A stretch of 64,000 bases of DNA from an uncultured Porphyromonadaceae bacterium (GTDB lineage Bacteria > Bacteroidota > Bacteroidia > Bacteroidales > Barnesiellaceae), in the NCBI GenBank assembly GCA_900538555.1, contig UPYI01000001.1:260273-324272 (forward strand). Direction: 5' to 3'. The position numbers were made by a program, and so were the translations under genes. Below, one piece after another: positions 9,591 through 19,304 of the stretch (the first letter of the stretch is position 1; every line of letters starts with the position of its first letter). The notes under the pieces were generated by a model that was not told the origin of the DNA, did not search any database, and worked only from the letters and a program-made list of their open reading frames with translations.

Positions 9591-9699
9591 AAAGCCATTC
9601 AACAGATTCGATGTCTCAGCACCGGACTCTGCATTCGTTCCGTCCTACCGCTTTTTATTGGGAGGATATATTATTTCATATTGTTTGATCAAGAATATC

Positions 9700-10041
9700 A
9701 TGAAAGACGACACAAAAGAGATCGACATTATTTATTCGAAAACCATCAAGGCTGGTAAACGCATCTATTATTTAGATGTAAAGAAAGACCGGAAAGACGA
9801 GATGTTCCTGACTATTACGGAAAGCAAAAAGGTAGTGAACGGAACGGAAGAAAGTCCGGTAGTCCAATTCGAAAAGCATAAAATATTCCTATACCAAAAG
9901 GATTTCGACAAGTTGCTCGACGGACTTCATGAAGTAATCGAATACATAAAACAACGGCAACCCTATGCCGAAGAAAACGGTTATGCGGCTACGGAAGAGA
10001 AATCTTATTTCGATTCATTCCTCGACGATTTGGAAAAATAG
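9700..10041 (+). CDS. DUF3276-family (PUR-alpha-like) nucleic-acid-binding protein
   Basis: Residues IIYSKTIKAGKRIYYLDVKKDRKDEMFLTITESKKV match the conserved DUF3276 core. The ORF-track start at 9658 adds an unlikely hydrophobic extension, so the ATG at 9700 is preferred. Confidence 0.6.
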   Translation: MKDDTKEIDIIYSKTIKAGKRIYYLDVKKDRKDEMFLTITESKKVVNGTEESPVVQFEKHKIFLYQKDFDKLLDGLHEVIEYIKQRQPYAEENGYAATEEKSYFDSFLDDLEK

Positions 10042-10227
10042 ATCGAGGTTCACCCTCATCGCTTTTTGAAACAGCCCGGACAGACATCCTCTATCCGCAA
10101 AAGGTTTTATTTCCCAGCCCAATAGCCGGAGCTGTCCATACCGCCCCATTCTCCATTATGCCAACCGGACAAAGCAGGAAAGGCAACGTGCCAAAAACGA
10201 AAGGCATTCAGACATTCTAACGCACCG

Positions 10228-10272
10228 AAAAGGGGGTGCATCGAAACGAATGATTTCGATGCACCCCCTTTT
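10228..10272. terminator. Bidirectional rho-independent terminator between convergent genes
   Basis: A perfect 19-bp stem (AAAAGGGGGTGCATCGAAA pairing with TTTCGATGCACCCCCTTTT) with a 7-nt loop. It is flanked by A and T runs on both sides. It forms part of repeat family 2. Confidence 0.8.
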
Positions 10273-10291
10273 CCCGTTTCCGGTCTATACC

Positions 10292-10627
10292 TTATTCCAA
10301 CGTATCTATCTCTTTATCGGGATTCTTGTGATACACTTTTCCTTCCTGATATTCTTGTGCTGCGATCAACGTCGGTTTCGGAAGTTTCTCGTAATAACGG
10401 GAAATCTCGATTTGCTCGCGGTTTTCAAAAACTTCTTCCAAGTTATCGTTGCAAGATGCAAACTCCTGCAATTTCTTTTCCAAATCGTTTTTCATCTCAA
10501 CGGCTATCTGATTTGCACGTTTTCCGATGATACAAACGGTTTCATATACATTACCTGTGTCTTCCGACAAGGCTACCATATCACGGGTCACCGTGTTAGT
10601 GGGGGCATTTGATTTCTTGTAATCCAT
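10292..10627 (-). CDS. rpoZ: DNA-directed RNA polymerase subunit omega (Bacteroidetes type)
   Basis: A 111-aa protein containing an RpoZ/Rpb6 core (VCIIGKRANQIAVEMKNDLEKKLQEF). It lies immediately downstream of bamD, as is conserved in Bacteroidales. Confidence 0.6.
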   Translation of the reverse strand: MDYKKSNAPTNTVTRDMVALSEDTGNVYETVCIIGKRANQIAVEMKNDLEKKLQEFASCNDNLEEVFENREQIEISRYYEKLPKPTLIAAQEYQEGKVYHKNPDKEIDTLE

Positions 10628-10637
10628 TTTTATATGA

Positions 10638-11438
10638 TTAATCTTTTACGTATTTACTTGCTACCTTATATATATTGTTGGCTTCTTTTTTGTACTGGCT
10701 GTCGGGGAAGTCGTTGATGAACGAATAGTATTCGTCCAACACATCGCGGAAGCGTTCACCCCGCCGTTCGGCAATACTTTGCGAAGCCTCCTGATATTTC
10801 GATTTCAGAATCAACATTTCCAACGCCTCCTTGTAACGGGTGTACGGATAGTCTTTCAACGCATTTTCAGCAACGATAATTGCCGAGCGGTAATTGTTGC
10901 CCATGTAGTTACCCATGTTGTAATAGAGTTGGGCATTCAACAATTCCTTATATACCAGTTTGTCCTGCAACTCGAATATCACATCCTGCGCCTGCTGAGC
11001 CTTGTCGCTGTTGGGATAATAATCCAAGAAACGTTGCATTTCGTCTATCGCCTTGTACGTTCCGCTTTGGTCGAGCTTGGCTTCCGGCGAATCGAGGTAA
11101 TATCCGTAGCCGGCATAAAACCGCGCCAACTCCGTGTACTTTCCTTTCGGGAAATTCCGGTAATAGGCTTGAAAATATTCTCCGGATGTGAGATAGTCCT
11201 TATTCAAATAATGACTGCGTGCCAGCAAATAGAGCGACTCTTCCGCCCGTGGCGTTCCTTTGAATATGGCAACCAAATCTTCCAGAATGGTATATGCCTG
11301 TGTGTACTTTTTCTTTTCGAAAGCCGCTTTGGCATATTCATACTTCTGCTCCGTATCCGTGCTTTTGAGTATTTTGTTATACTCCCCGCACGAACTCATC
11401 ACCCCTACCAATACCAACAAACAGAATATCTTTCGCAT
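10638..11438 (-). CDS. bamD: Outer membrane protein assembly factor BamD (TPR lipoprotein)
   Basis: A lipoprotein signal ending in a cysteine (LLVLVGVMSSCG). The protein is TPR-rich and 266 aa long. Adjacency to rpoZ supports the call. Confidence 0.7.
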   Translation of the reverse strand: MRKIFCLLVLVGVMSSCGEYNKILKSTDTEQKYEYAKAAFEKKKYTQAYTILEDLVAIFKGTPRAEESLYLLARSHYLNKDYLTSGEYFQAYYRNFPKGKYTELARFYAGYGYYLDSPEAKLDQSGTYKAIDEMQRFLDYYPNSDKAQQAQDVIFELQDKLVYKELLNAQLYYNMGNYMGNNYRSAIIVAENALKDYPYTRYKEALEMLILKSKYQEASQSIAERRGERFRDVLDEYYSFINDFPDSQYKKEANNIYKVASKYVKD

Positions 11439-11605
11439 TTTCGTTTATTTACCAGTTTGCAAATTTAGGGAATCCCCATAAAATACGAAAACAAAAAAGC
11501 GAATTTTAACGCTACGTGCTCAAAAAGAAGACAAAAAAGTGTTTTTTCCGGACGACACTCCGGTTTTCATATATAAGGAACTCTGATGCGCCGCTTTTCC
11601 CAGAG

Positions 11606-12712
11606 CTATATTTCTACGCCCAGCCTGCGAGAATAGACCTCCCGTATCTGACCGGCGATATGATCCCAATCGTATTTTCCCAAATCGTAGCAGACCGTGC
11701 GGTCTCCGCTACGGGAAAGTTTCGCCAGCAACCTATCGCCCAATGCGGAAGGATCGGCTATGTCGAAATAACAATCCGCCGGCAAACCGACCGCCTTGTT
11801 TGCCGGAATATTGCTGACCAATACATCGGCATCGTAGCTCATAGCTTCCAACAGGGTTATCGGCAAACCTTCGTGCGACGAGGGTAGCACGAACAGTGCG
11901 GTATTCGAATAGAGTTCATAGAGTTTTTCGCCTTTTACCATTCCGGCAAGGACAACGTTCCGTTCATGCGCCAACTGTTTCAACGCCGACGAATAGGCGG
12001 ATTCGTGATCGGCATCGCCGGCTATCACCAGTTTGAAACCGGTATCGGGCAATGAGGCAAAGGCTTCGATCAATTTGTCGAACCTCTTTTCGGGGACAAA
12101 ACGTCCTACCGCCAGAACGTATTTCTTCGGCTCCACCCCCAACGAGGAAAGATAAGCCGATGCCGGAATACGGGGGCGCACGGTAACGCCGTTATATATC
12201 AGATGCACATTTTCGGTGCGATTGTATTTCTGTTTCAATATATCGGAAATAACGGTCGATATGGAGATAATATCGTCCGCCCAACGGGCAGCGAAACGTT
12301 CGCCCATCCGCAAAATGAATTTGGCGAAACGCCCCCATTTCTCCCGGTCGTAATCGGGTCCGTGATGTGTCACGACGACTTTCAATCCCAGCATCTTGGC
12401 TACGGGTACGGTTATCGCCGGACCGATAGCATGTATATGCACTATGTCGGCTTTTACCTTTCGGGCATAACAAATACCGAAGAAGGTATGCAACGCGGCT
12501 TCCAAGCCGACGACTTTCGGAGAAACGATGTCTTTGAACGTTACGCCCTTGTAGGTTTTCATCGGCGGATCTTCCTTGACGAAGCCCTTGCGGCGAACGA
12601 CAGTCACATCGCATCCCTGCGCGACAATGCGCGGAAAGAGTTCTTCGCAATGGGTCTCTACTCCACCCTGTATATTGGGGAATCCTCTCAATCCGACGAC
12701 AACGATTTTCAT
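11606..12712 (-). CDS. Glycosyltransferase family 4
   Basis: A GT-B fold with an N-terminal DUF1972-like region (MKIVVVGLRGFPNIQGGVETHCEEL) and a C-terminal GT1/GT4 domain. Its start overlaps the stop of the upstream radical SAM gene (ATGA). Confidence 0.8.
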   Translation of the reverse strand: MKIVVVGLRGFPNIQGGVETHCEELFPRIVAQGCDVTVVRRKGFVKEDPPMKTYKGVTFKDIVSPKVVGLEAALHTFFGICYARKVKADIVHIHAIGPAITVPVAKMLGLKVVVTHHGPDYDREKWGRFAKFILRMGERFAARWADDIISISTVISDILKQKYNRTENVHLIYNGVTVRPRIPASAYLSSLGVEPKKYVLAVGRFVPEKRFDKLIEAFASLPDTGFKLVIAGDADHESAYSSALKQLAHERNVVLAGMVKGEKLYELYSNTALFVLPSSHEGLPITLLEAMSYDADVLVSNIPANKAVGLPADCYFDIADPSALGDRLLAKLSRSGDRTVCYDLGKYDWDHIAGQIREVYSRRLGVEI

Positions 12713-13788
12713 TTCCGATCTTCTCTTAGGTCGCCCTGCAAAGGCGATTGTCCGACATCATACCATTTCCGATCCAAACAGAGCGGACGCCCCAACATGG
12801 TGTTGGCTTTGTTTTTCAAGACCCAACCCAGCGGATGGCGGATATATTTTTTCATGACAGGCGAAGCCGTTCCCACCATCCAGCAGTTTTTGGGACACGT
12901 ACGTACTTGTTCACGCACCCGCCGGGCTTGTTCGCTTTCCCATATCTCCTTGAAATTTTTCGCCGTCAGGATATTCCCCATGCTCTCCTTCCAATAGCGT
13001 TCTTCCAATCCGTTGCACGGATACACCTCGCCATACGGATCGACAAAGAAATTCACCAGCCCGGCTTCGCAGGGAAGCATGCGGCGATTGCCTTCGATAT
13101 AATTTATCAGCCCGTTATTGAAGAATGCACGGAACCACGATTTAGGCGAGTTTTCTTTTAACTGTAAAGCGATCAGCTTCTCGAAATTCGAAATCACCTC
13201 GTCCTTGTTGGTGATCTGGTTGTCGTATTTGTGGAAATAATAGGAGTTGTGGAATGCCGCTGTGGCAAACTCCAAACCCAATTGCTTTGCCAGATGATAG
13301 AGCGACAGCATATCGTTGGAGTTGTTGTTCGACACCGTGATTCCGAATCCGATATCCTTCACCCCCATATCGCGCAAGGTGAGCAGGGTGCGCAATCCTT
13401 TGTCGAACCCCCCGTCACGGCCACGCAATTCATCGTTTTTCCGCGACAATCCCTCGATACTGATACGGATTCCGATATTGGGAAATTTTTCCGCCAGACG
13501 GATCACCCGATCGTCGAACCACCCCGATGTGGAGATCACCACGCGCGGCGACTTGGAGAAAAGCACTTCGACTATCTCGTCCAGATCTTCACGAATGAAA
13601 GGTTCTCCGCCCGTGATATTCACAAATTTCACTTTGGGCAATATCTCCAAATCCTTGGGTTGTATCTCTTTACTTTTTTCCGTCGGGTTCTGCCAAATAT
13701 CGCACATTTTACAACGCATCGGACAACGATAGGTGGTAATAATGCACATATCGGTAGGTGACGGAATCGTATATTTTTCGTTCTGCAT
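12709..13788 (-). CDS. Radical SAM protein with C-terminal SPASM/twitch-like cysteine cluster
   Basis: Contains a CPMRCKMC (CxxxCxxC) motif and a GGEP SAM-binding motif. C-terminal cysteines (PCEAG...YPCNG...TCPKNCW) form a SPASM/twitch-like cluster. Length 359 aa. Confidence 0.85.
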   Translation of the reverse strand: MQNEKYTIPSPTDMCIITTYRCPMRCKMCDIWQNPTEKSKEIQPKDLEILPKVKFVNITGGEPFIREDLDEIVEVLFSKSPRVVISTSGWFDDRVIRLAEKFPNIGIRISIEGLSRKNDELRGRDGGFDKGLRTLLTLRDMGVKDIGFGITVSNNNSNDMLSLYHLAKQLGLEFATAAFHNSYYFHKYDNQITNKDEVISNFEKLIALQLKENSPKSWFRAFFNNGLINYIEGNRRMLPCEAGLVNFFVDPYGEVYPCNGLEERYWKESMGNILTAKNFKEIWESEQARRVREQVRTCPKNCWMVGTASPVMKKYIRHPLGWVLKNKANTMLGRPLCLDRKWYDVGQSPLQGDLREDRK

Positions 13789-13791
13789 ACT

Positions 13792-14964
13792 CTATCTGTA
13801 AAGTTTTATTATTTCGTCGTAATATGTTTCCGCAGAGAAACGACGAATCGCCTGCGTACTGATATTATCGTAATCGAACGAGGCATTATACATCGTTTCG
13901 ATCTTCGTTTTCAATTCTTCCTTATTTCCCGGTTCGAACAGCATTCCGTTTGTCGGAGCATCGATCAGTTCGGGTATTCCGCCGATATTCGCTCCCAGAA
14001 CCGGAGTTCCCAAGCAATGGGTTTCTATAACGGAGAACGGGTTGTTTTCGTACCATTCCGAAGGAACAACGACAAAACGTGCCCGACTGACAATCGGTTT
14101 CAGCTCGTTCCATTCCTTAAAGCCGAGAAAACGGATATGACCGCAGGTATCGGGCAACGAATCTTTCAACGGTCCGGTACCGACTATAAACAACTGGTAC
14201 GGCAATTCTTTCGCCGCATCGAGCAGGGTTTGCACGCCTTTCTCACCCGACAAACGACCTACGTAACAATAATAATCGGATTTCGTTTCGGATTTACCGG
14301 AGAAGTCGCGATTCATAAAGTTGGGAATCACTTTCACCTGCGCCTCCGGAAACCCGCCCCGCACCATGATCTGTTTCATAAACGAACTGGGAGCGACAAA
14401 GTAATCGGTGTTGTTTATCAGTCGTTCGCGATTCCAATAGACCGACTCCATAAAGGCAAGCAGACTGGCTGGCAGACTGCCTTTCATACACCGGTTTCGC
14501 AACGCAGGAAACGCGCCCCGTTGCAAACATTCCTCACAAGGTTTGCCCGATTTCAGACAGATATAGTTGGGACATACCAGTTTGTAGTCGTGCAATGTCC
14601 ATACGACCTTGACTCCTTTCTGATGCGCCAGTTCGCCAATAACCGGAGATAATTGCGAATGAATATTGTTGAGGTGAAGCACGTCGGGCTTAAAGCGGTC
14701 TACCAATTTCAAGAACCGGGACCTGACCTCACCCGCACCGAATATACGTCCGGCGGCTTTCAATTTCGACGAAATACCGCCCGCCTGAAAATCCACATTC
14801 GACGGGAAAAACTCCGACCATTCCGACGGAAAATTCTGCGGATGCTGCATACTGAAAAATGCCACTTGATGGCCTTTCGCCTTCAACAACTGTTCCAGCG
14901 CGATCGACGCAATGCAATCCCCTCCCCGATTGTAGTAAAATTTATTGGCTATAAGTATATTCAT
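13792..14964 (-). CDS. Glycosyltransferase family 4
   Basis: A typical GT4 N-terminus (MNILIANKFYYNRGGDCIASIA) and a C-terminal GT1 domain. Length 390 aa. A 3-bp gap separates it from the radical SAM gene. Confidence 0.8.
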   Translation of the reverse strand: MNILIANKFYYNRGGDCIASIALEQLLKAKGHQVAFFSMQHPQNFPSEWSEFFPSNVDFQAGGISSKLKAAGRIFGAGEVRSRFLKLVDRFKPDVLHLNNIHSQLSPVIGELAHQKGVKVVWTLHDYKLVCPNYICLKSGKPCEECLQRGAFPALRNRCMKGSLPASLLAFMESVYWNRERLINNTDYFVAPSSFMKQIMVRGGFPEAQVKVIPNFMNRDFSGKSETKSDYYCYVGRLSGEKGVQTLLDAAKELPYQLFIVGTGPLKDSLPDTCGHIRFLGFKEWNELKPIVSRARFVVVPSEWYENNPFSVIETHCLGTPVLGANIGGIPELIDAPTNGMLFEPGNKEELKTKIETMYNASFDYDNISTQAIRRFSAETYYDEIIKLYR

Positions 14965-15137
14965 GCTATCGTTCTCAGGTTACAATACAGTGATGAAAGT
15001 CCTTTTCTCCCATCGCACTCCGGCAAGTTCTTAACCGTTGAAGATCTTACCGAAAGGGGCAAGCCTATCCGCCCCGTAATTCGTACGACCGCGCACTTAT
15101 CTTTACAGAAGACAAGCGGCATTTTAAAACCAGACTC

Positions 15138-15200
15138 TATATTCGGCTCACATTATCTTATGCAAAGATAAGATAAAGCCGATATACAAACAAGTTTATA
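15138..15200. repeat. Family-1 promoter-like repeat, degenerate copy
   Basis: The sequence TTATCTTATGCAAAGATAAGATAAAGC...CAAACAAGTTT resembles copy 1. A TATCTTTG box lies on the minus strand facing the GT4 operon. Confidence 0.5.
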
Positions 15201-15342
15201 ACATCTAAATTTCCCCCGTAGGCAACGTATCGGTCCGAAGCCGAAAATCCTCGTATTTTTCGAGTTGCAAATAATTACTTTTTTATGTACTTTTGCCGGA
15301 TCATGGGTATTTTTTTAAAGATCGACTAAAAACAAATTCACA

Positions 15343-15537
15343 ATGACATATACGAAAAAATTAACCCGCTCGATTACAGATCGTAAAATCGGTGGTGTGT
15401 GCGGTGGTCTCGGTGTTTATTTTGGAATCGACCCGACCGTTCTACGGGTTATCGCTATCCTCCTCTGCTTTATTACCGCAGTGGTTCCCATGACAATCGC
15501 CTATCTGATCTTGTGCCTCGTCATTCCGGAAGAATAA
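15343..15537 (+). CDS. PspC-domain small membrane protein
   Basis: Residues SITDRKIGGVCGGLGVYFGIDPTVLRVIAILL match the PspC domain consensus. A single transmembrane segment is present. Length 64 aa. Confidence 0.7.
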   Translation: MTYTKKLTRSITDRKIGGVCGGLGVYFGIDPTVLRVIAILLCFITAVVPMTIAYLILCLVIPEE

Positions 15538-15556
15538 TTTTCCCCGAAAGCAAGTT

Positions 15557-17584
15557 ATGGATTTCAAAATCGTTTCGCCTTATAAACCTACCGGCGACCA
15601 ACCGGAAGCCATCGAGGAACTGAGCCGCGGCATAGCCGACGGAGTTCCCTACCAGACCTTGTTAGGAGTAACCGGATCGGGAAAAACCTTTACGATGGCG
15701 AACGTGATCGAAAAGGTTCAGCGCCCCACCCTGATTTTGAGCCACAACAAAACGCTCGCCGCGCAATTATACGGCGAATTCAAAAACTTCTTCCCCGACA
15801 ACGCGGTGGAATATTTCGTATCGTATTACGATTATTATCAACCGGAGGCATACATTCCCAGCACGGATACCTATATCGAAAAAGACCTCGCGATCAACGA
15901 AGAGATCGACCGGTTGCGGTTATCTACCACCTCCTCGCTCCTGTCGGGACGTAAAGATGTTATTGTCGTATCGTCGGTGTCGTGCCTCTACGGTATCGGC
16001 AACCCCGAAGATTTCCACAGCAATGTGATCGAAGTGTCGGTAGGCAGCAATATCGGGCGAAACGCATTTCTACGACGGCTGGTAGATGCTCTTTACAGCC
16101 GGAACGAAATAGAACTGAACCGGGGAAATTTCCGGGTAAAAGGCGATACGGTAGATATTTATCTGGCATACGACGAGAAAATCATCCGCGTCATCTTCTG
16201 GGGGGAAGAGATCGAAAGTATCGAGACTGTCGATCCGGCTACGGGATACAGCATTTCGACATTCGACTCTTACAATATTTTCCCTGCCAATATCTTCGTC
16301 ACCACGAAAGAGCGGATAGACCGGGCTATCGGCGAAATCGAAATCGACCTGGGCAAACAGGTGGAGTTTTTCAAATCTATCGGCAAGAACCTTGAAGCCA
16401 AACGGCTCTATGAACGGGTAACCTACGACGTGGAGATGATCCGCGAAGTGGGACACTGTTCCGGTATCGAAAACTACTCGCGTTATTTCGACGGTCGCAA
16501 TGCCGGCACACGGCCGTTCTGCCTGCTCGATTATTTCCCGAACGATTTTCTGACGATTATCGACGAAAGCCACGTTACCATACCGCAGATCCGCGCCATG
16601 TTCGGCGGGGACAGTTCGCGCAAAATGAATCTGGTGGAATACGGATTCCGGCTTCCCGCCGCGATCGACAACCGTCCGCTAAAATTCGACGAGTTCGAAT
16701 CGCTGGCCAAACAGGTCATTTACGTCAGCGCGACACCTGCCGATTACGAATTGGAGAAAAGCGAGGGCGTCGTGGTCGAACAGGTAATCCGCCCGACCGG
16801 ATTGTTAGATCCGGTGATCGAAGTACGACCCAGCCTGAACCAGATAGACGACCTGCTGGAAGAGATACAGTTGCGTATCGAACGCGACGAACGGGTGTTG
16901 GTGACAACCTTGACCAAACGCATGGCAGAGGAGCTGAATGCTTATCTGCTGAAATTAGATATTCGCTGCAACTATATCCATTCGGATGTCGATACGCTCG
17001 ACCGCATACAGATATTGGCAGACCTGCGTGCCGGCGTGTACGATGTACTGATCGGCGTAAACCTGCTGCGTGAAGGATTAGACCTGCCGGAGGTTTCGCT
17101 CGTAGCGATTCTGGATGCCGACAAAGAGGGATTCCTCCGTTCGCACCGCTCCCTGACACAGACCGTAGGCCGTGCCGCCCGAAACCTGAACGGGCGTGTA
17201 ATCATGTATGCAGACAAAATCACGGAGAGCATGCAGCAAACGATCGACGAGACCAACCGCCGGCGCGAAAAACAATTGGCTTACAACGAAGCGAACCACA
17301 TCACTCCGCAAGCGATTAAAAAAGCACAGACCTCCATCCTCGCCCAAGAGAAAAACGGGACGGCTCCCGATCCGCATATTCCGTACAGTCAGGAATATTC
17401 GCACACGGCGAACATTGCAGCCGATCCGGTTGTAAAATATATGAACAAAGAGCAGCTCGAAAAAAGCATCGAACGTACGCGCAAAGCCATGGCGGATGCC
17501 GCCAAGCGCATGGAGTTCATCGAAGCCGCCCAGTTGCGCGACGAACTGCTGAAATTGGAAGAACTGGTTCAGAAAAACCGATAA
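15557..17584 (+). CDS. uvrB: Excinuclease ABC subunit B
   Basis: Walker A (GVTGSGKTFT), a helicase domain, and a C-terminal UvrB/UvrC interaction motif (EAAQLRDELLKLE). Length 675 aa. Confidence 0.97.
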   Translation: MDFKIVSPYKPTGDQPEAIEELSRGIADGVPYQTLLGVTGSGKTFTMANVIEKVQRPTLILSHNKTLAAQLYGEFKNFFPDNAVEYFVSYYDYYQPEAYIPSTDTYIEKDLAINEEIDRLRLSTTSSLLSGRKDVIVVSSVSCLYGIGNPEDFHSNVIEVSVGSNIGRNAFLRRLVDALYSRNEIELNRGNFRVKGDTVDIYLAYDEKIIRVIFWGEEIESIETVDPATGYSISTFDSYNIFPANIFVTTKERIDRAIGEIEIDLGKQVEFFKSIGKNLEAKRLYERVTYDVEMIREVGHCSGIENYSRYFDGRNAGTRPFCLLDYFPNDFLTIIDESHVTIPQIRAMFGGDSSRKMNLVEYGFRLPAAIDNRPLKFDEFESLAKQVIYVSATPADYELEKSEGVVVEQVIRPTGLLDPVIEVRPSLNQIDDLLEEIQLRIERDERVLVTTLTKRMAEELNAYLLKLDIRCNYIHSDVDTLDRIQILADLRAGVYDVLIGVNLLREGLDLPEVSLVAILDADKEGFLRSHRSLTQTVGRAARNLNGRVIMYADKITESMQQTIDETNRRREKQLAYNEANHITPQAIKKAQTSILAQEKNGTAPDPHIPYSQEYSHTANIAADPVVKYMNKEQLEKSIERTRKAMADAAKRMEFIEAAQLRDELLKLEELVQKNR

Positions 17585-17613
17585 TACATATAGCTATTTA
17601 ATATATCCGTACA

Positions 17614-19281
17614 ATGAAATCCGATATTGAAATCGCCCACGAAACAGAGTTGAAGAATATCCGCGAAATCGCCGCGTCGATCGGCATAGACGAAGACGAC
17701 GTATATAATTATGGAAAGTATATCGCCAAAGTGCCCATGAGCCTCATCGACGAGGAACGTGTAAAACGCCACCATCTGATTTTAGTAACCGCCATTACCG
17801 CCACCAAAGCGGGCGTAGGAAAAACGACCGTCAGCATCGGATTAGGATTGGGTCTGAACTACATCGGCAAAAATGCGGTAATCGCTTTGCGCGAGCCGTC
17901 GTTAGGTCCTTGCTTCGGCATGAAAGGCGGTGCTACCGGCGGAGGCTACGCACAGGTATTGCCGTCGGATAATATCAACCTGCATTTCACCGGAGACTTC
18001 CACGCCATAACGGCAGCCAATAATCTGATTGCCGCCCTGCTCGACAATTACATTTTCCAGAACCGTGCCGAAAATTGCGGATTGAAAAAGATTTTATGGC
18101 GGCGGGTATTGGATATCAACGACCGCGGACTGCGGCATATCATCACCGGATTGGGCGGATTGAGCAACGGCATCCCTACCGAAACGGGATTCGACATCAC
18201 TCCCGCCTCGGAAATTATGGCGATCCTCTGCCTGTCGCGCGACTTGCAGGATCTGGAAGAGCGCATCGGACGTATCGTCCTCGCCATACGCCACGACAAT
18301 ACGCCGTTTACCGTTCAGGACTTAGGCGTAACAGGGGCTATCGTCGCTTTGCTGAAAGACGCTATTCACCCGAATCTGGTACAGACCACCGAACATACAC
18401 CCGTATTCGTCCACGGCGGTCCGTTTGCCAATATAGCCCACGGCTGCAATTCGATCATCGCATCGAAAATGGCATTGACCTACGGCGATTATGTCGTGAC
18501 GGAAGCCGGATTCGGAGCGGATCTGGGAGCGGAAAAATTCCTGAACATCAAATGCCGGGCAAGCGGATTGAAACCGGATCTATCGGTATTGGTCGCCTCT
18601 ACGCAAGCCCTGAAAATGCACGGCGGCGTGGCATTGGACGAGATCAAACAACCGAACATCGAAGGTCTTCGAAAAGGATTCGCCAATTTGGACAAACACA
18701 TCGCCAACCTGCAATCGTTCGGGCAGACCGTATTGGTTTGCTTCAACCGTTTCGCAACCGATACCGACGAGGAGATGGAGGCAGTCATGGAACATTGCCG
18801 TACGCTCGGCGTGCGTTGCGTCATCAACAACGCATACATGGAGGGAGGAAAAGGCGCAGCAGAATTGGCTCAGGCTGCCGTCGAACTGATCGAAAACACC
18901 CCCTCCCAACCGATACGCTTCACTTACGCCGACGAAGATTCGCCACGTACCAAAATCATAAAGGTTGCCCGGAGCATTTACGGAGCAGGAGAGGTAACAT
19001 TCAGCAGTGCCGCCGAAAAGAAACTGAAACAGATCTCGGAATGGAATTACGACCGGTTGCCGGTTTGTATCGCCAAGACACAGTATTCTTTCTCGGGCAA
19101 TCCGAAACAATACGGAGCAGTAAAAGACTTCGAACTGAAAATAAGCGATATAGAGATCAACGCCGGTGCCGGATTCATCGTGGCATTAGTCGGTGAGATG
19201 ATGCGTATGCCCGGACTTCCGAAAGTGCCGCAGGCAAACCATATCCGAATCGTCGATGGCGAAATAGAGGGTCTGAACTAA
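17614..19281 (+). CDS. fhs: Formate--tetrahydrofolate ligase
   Basis: The FTHFS family P-loop-like motif [10 protein letters not shown] is present. Length 555 aa. Confidence 0.95.
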   Translation: MKSDIEIAHETELKNIREIAASIGIDEDDVYNYGKYIAKVPMSLIDEERVKRHHLILVTAITATKAGVGKTTVSIGLGLGLNYIGKNAVIALREPSLGPCFGMKGGATGGGYAQVLPSDNINLHFTGDFHAITAANNLIAALLDNYIFQNRAENCGLKKILWRRVLDINDRGLRHIITGLGGLSNGIPTETGFDITPASEIMAILCLSRDLQDLEERIGRIVLAIRHDNTPFTVQDLGVTGAIVALLKDAIHPNLVQTTEHTPVFVHGGPFANIAHGCNSIIASKMALTYGDYVVTEAGFGADLGAEKFLNIKCRASGLKPDLSVLVASTQALKMHGGVALDEIKQPNIEGLRKGFANLDKHIANLQSFGQTVLVCFNRFATDTDEEMEAVMEHCRTLGVRCVINNAYMEGGKGAAELAQAAVELIENTPSQPIRFTYADEDSPRTKIIKVARSIYGAGEVTFSSAAEKKLKQISEWNYDRLPVCIAKTQYSFSGNPKQYGAVKDFELKISDIEINAGAGFIVALVGEMMRMPGLPKVPQANHIRIVDGEIEGLN

Positions 19282-19304
19282 TTCACTGCAAAAGAAAGGA
19301 ATAT

